Assembly (NCBI GenBank): GCA_043228905.1
Contig: JBHGNT010000004.1
Span: forward strand, 10,788,001 to 10,852,000
DNA length: 64,000 bases
Direction of reading: 5' to 3'
DNA from: Azolla caroliniana
Taxonomy: Eukaryota > Plantae > Polypodiophyta
Below the pieces are notes generated by a model that worked only from the letters and a program-made list of their open reading frames with translations, ran no database searches and was not told the DNA's origin. Positions 61,734-64,000 of this stretch are shown here, piece after piece (position 1 is the first letter of the stretch; every line of letters begins with the position of its first letter). The position numbers and the translations under genes were made by a program.

Positions 61734-63900
61734 TGTAAAAGAATACGTTGTGCGGAAGCGTGTGTGTAAACACAGAGTACACAGTTCGGAAATAAGACAG
61801 TTCAGTAAACTCCGAAAACGCAGAGATGGAGAGGGAGAGGGAGAGACAGAGAGTGAGAGAGCAGACAACATAAAACTCAAATTCAAAATAATGACTCTCT
61901 GTAAATACACCGTGCTCAGTGAGCACCTTTTATACAAGCCTTGACAATCGGGCTGACACAAGTACTGACAATACCTGACTGCTCATAAACGAGCCTCGAC
62001 ACTCACTCCCAAAATTATTCCTTATGAGGAATATCTCTCTAACGGCCTTTCGGTTTACGCTATCGTGCCTTTCGGCTCCGGATCGTTACGTGAGTCGGCG
62101 GTTTTTATCTTTATCTAAAATCGGATATATTATTTTATGGTTTTCACGTAGTGTGTGGAATACACTACGACAACGCACAGATACGACCAGGTTGTGCATA
62201 CTAACTTACGCGTCCAGTCTACGCACCCAATGTTGAGCTTGTCACTCAACACTCCCCCTCAAGCTCAACTTGAGGTTCCTCCTGCTCTTCTGGATCTACA
62301 CTCCGGTCCCTTCTAGCTTTACGCCTTGCTCGCGCTCCTCGACCTATTCGATTCCGTGCGCTTCGACCCTTTCGGTCGGCTTGTCTGCCCGTTCGGCCCT
62401 TCTCAGCTCCCTTGTTGTCGCGGTGTCAGCGTGTCCTTCACCGCCCTTTTCTCCGCATGGCTTTCAGTTGATTCAGCGTATCCGAATCGAACATTCCGAT
62501 TGAATCGAACATTTCCGATTCAATTCCGCTTTCATTTGAATTGGTTGTCTCCAATTCGTCTTCAGTCTTTAGTCCTTTGACTACATCAGACCACGCTTGG
62601 TCTTGGCCTTTACGCCCTTCTTGGTTGTATCTCCCCCTGATTTGGCTATCCTCGGCTCTTTCTTATGCTTACGGTCCTTGCTTCCGTCTTTGGCTTCTTC
62701 AGCCGGTTCGAAGTCAAATTCTCCATCCGACTCCGCATCTCGGTCACTTCCGCCGTAATGCTTACCTCCGCTCCTTTCATGCTCTAGTCCCTGACCTTCC
62801 TCTGGTCCCTGATCTTCCTCTCTCCCCCTCAAGTTCGGCGTGTCAAGGTGACGCAACCCAAGCGCACCCGAGAAATGCCGTAACTTGTCGAGACCAAGAG
62901 GCTTTGTGAAGATGTCGGCAATCTACCGATCAATCGAAACATGCACCAATTCGACTTCTCCTGAAAGGACCCACTCGCGGACAAAATGGTAATGCACCTC
63001 AATGTGCTTGGTCCGGGCATGGAACTCGGGGTTTTTCACAAGGTGGATACTACTAAGGTTGTCGCAATAGATCGTCGTCAGATCAGACACCTCTACCTGC
63101 AGATCCCGTAATAGCCGTTTCAGCCAAATGAGTTTGCATGTAGCGACAGTTGCCCCTTGATATTCGGCCTCCGTGCTCGACAGTGCTACTATCGGTTGCT
63201 TTTTGCTACTACACGCAATCGCCGCACTTCCTAACGAGAAGGCGTATCCGGATGTGGATCGACGATCGTGGGCGTTTCCGGCCCAATCGGCATCCATGTA
63301 GCCGACGAACTGTTCGGCTATGCCTGCTCGATAAAACAACGTCATGTCTTTCGTGCCACTAACATAATGCAGTATCCATTGTGTGCACTGAAAGTGTTCG
63401 ACCATAGGTTGCGACATGAATTTACTGATTAACTAACATAACGCGGTATCCGTTGCGCGCACTGAAAGTGATCGACCGTAGGCTGCGACTCGATAACTAA
63501 GATCCGACCGAGTAATTGTCAGATAGATGTGGCTGCCGACAATCTGTCGGAACCATGTCGGGTCGCACGCCTTTCCTGAATCTCGGCGAAGCTTGACGGT
63601 TCTGTCTAGAGGGGTCGAGATGGGCTTACAATTTGCCATCCCGAACTTGAAGAGCATATTCAGCGCGTAATGACGTTGGCTGATCGAAATGCCTTCGGAG
63701 TTGCGGATCACTTCGATCCCGAGGAAGTAATGAAGGTCTCCAAGATCCTTCATTTCAAATGATGCCGCAAGTTGAGACTTCACGCGGCGGATTTCATCAA
63801 GGTCGGCACCGGCGATGACTAAATCATCAACATACAAGACCAAGCTGACCGGTCCATATTGTCCTTACCAAACAAATATAGAAGAGTCTGATTTTGACGA
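61734..63900 (-). mobile_element. 3' half of a Copia related to 40441-43577 (RT end, RNase H, tail, PPT, 3' LTR 61734-62251)
   Basis: [26 protein letters not shown]; PPT at 62252-62262; LTR begins tgttgagtgacaagctcaaca and ends cttttaca like 43118-43577. Confidence 0.9.
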
Positions 63901-64000
63901 TGTTGTAGGTTTTAGGGTTAGGGTTAAGGACGATGATGATGATGATGATGAATGACAACTATGACGATTGGTAATGAAGATAGACATGATGATGGAGAGT

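Noticed and set aside
63901-64000. ttttagggttagggtt telomere-like motif
   Set aside because: Only two units at the start of a probable new insertion cut by the window edge.

Overview
Plant nuclear, repeat-dominated DNA; a fern or other non-seed plant is plausible but not provable from sequence. There is one host gene, a 9-exon plastid ADP-glucose pyrophosphorylase small subunit (26353-31942, +). The rest is nested mobile DNA: (1) a very young, intact non-chromoviral Ty3/Gypsy element (8523-18405; 420-bp LTRs, ATCTC TSD, single 1954-aa gag-pol, plus a ~890-codon extra coiled-coil ORF) and two decayed relatives; (2) several Ty1/Copia elements and fragments; (3) a tRNA-Trp-primed non-autonomous LTR element (39992-56831) that hosts a Copia and a 10.5-kb Sola-like TIR transposon with captured gene fragments and palindromic satellites; (4) a matching MITE and a LINE 3' fragment. 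The most striking observation is that the Gypsy family has no polypurine tract: a conserved, inverted tRNA-Arg primer-binding site sits at the PPT position, suggesting tRNA priming of both cDNA strands. A second recurring oddity is a tRNA-like A-box/B-box module in the U3 of three otherwise unrelated LTRs, two with clear 4-bp TSDs. All alignments were made by eye, and tRNA and superfamily assignments rely on recalled consensus sequences.
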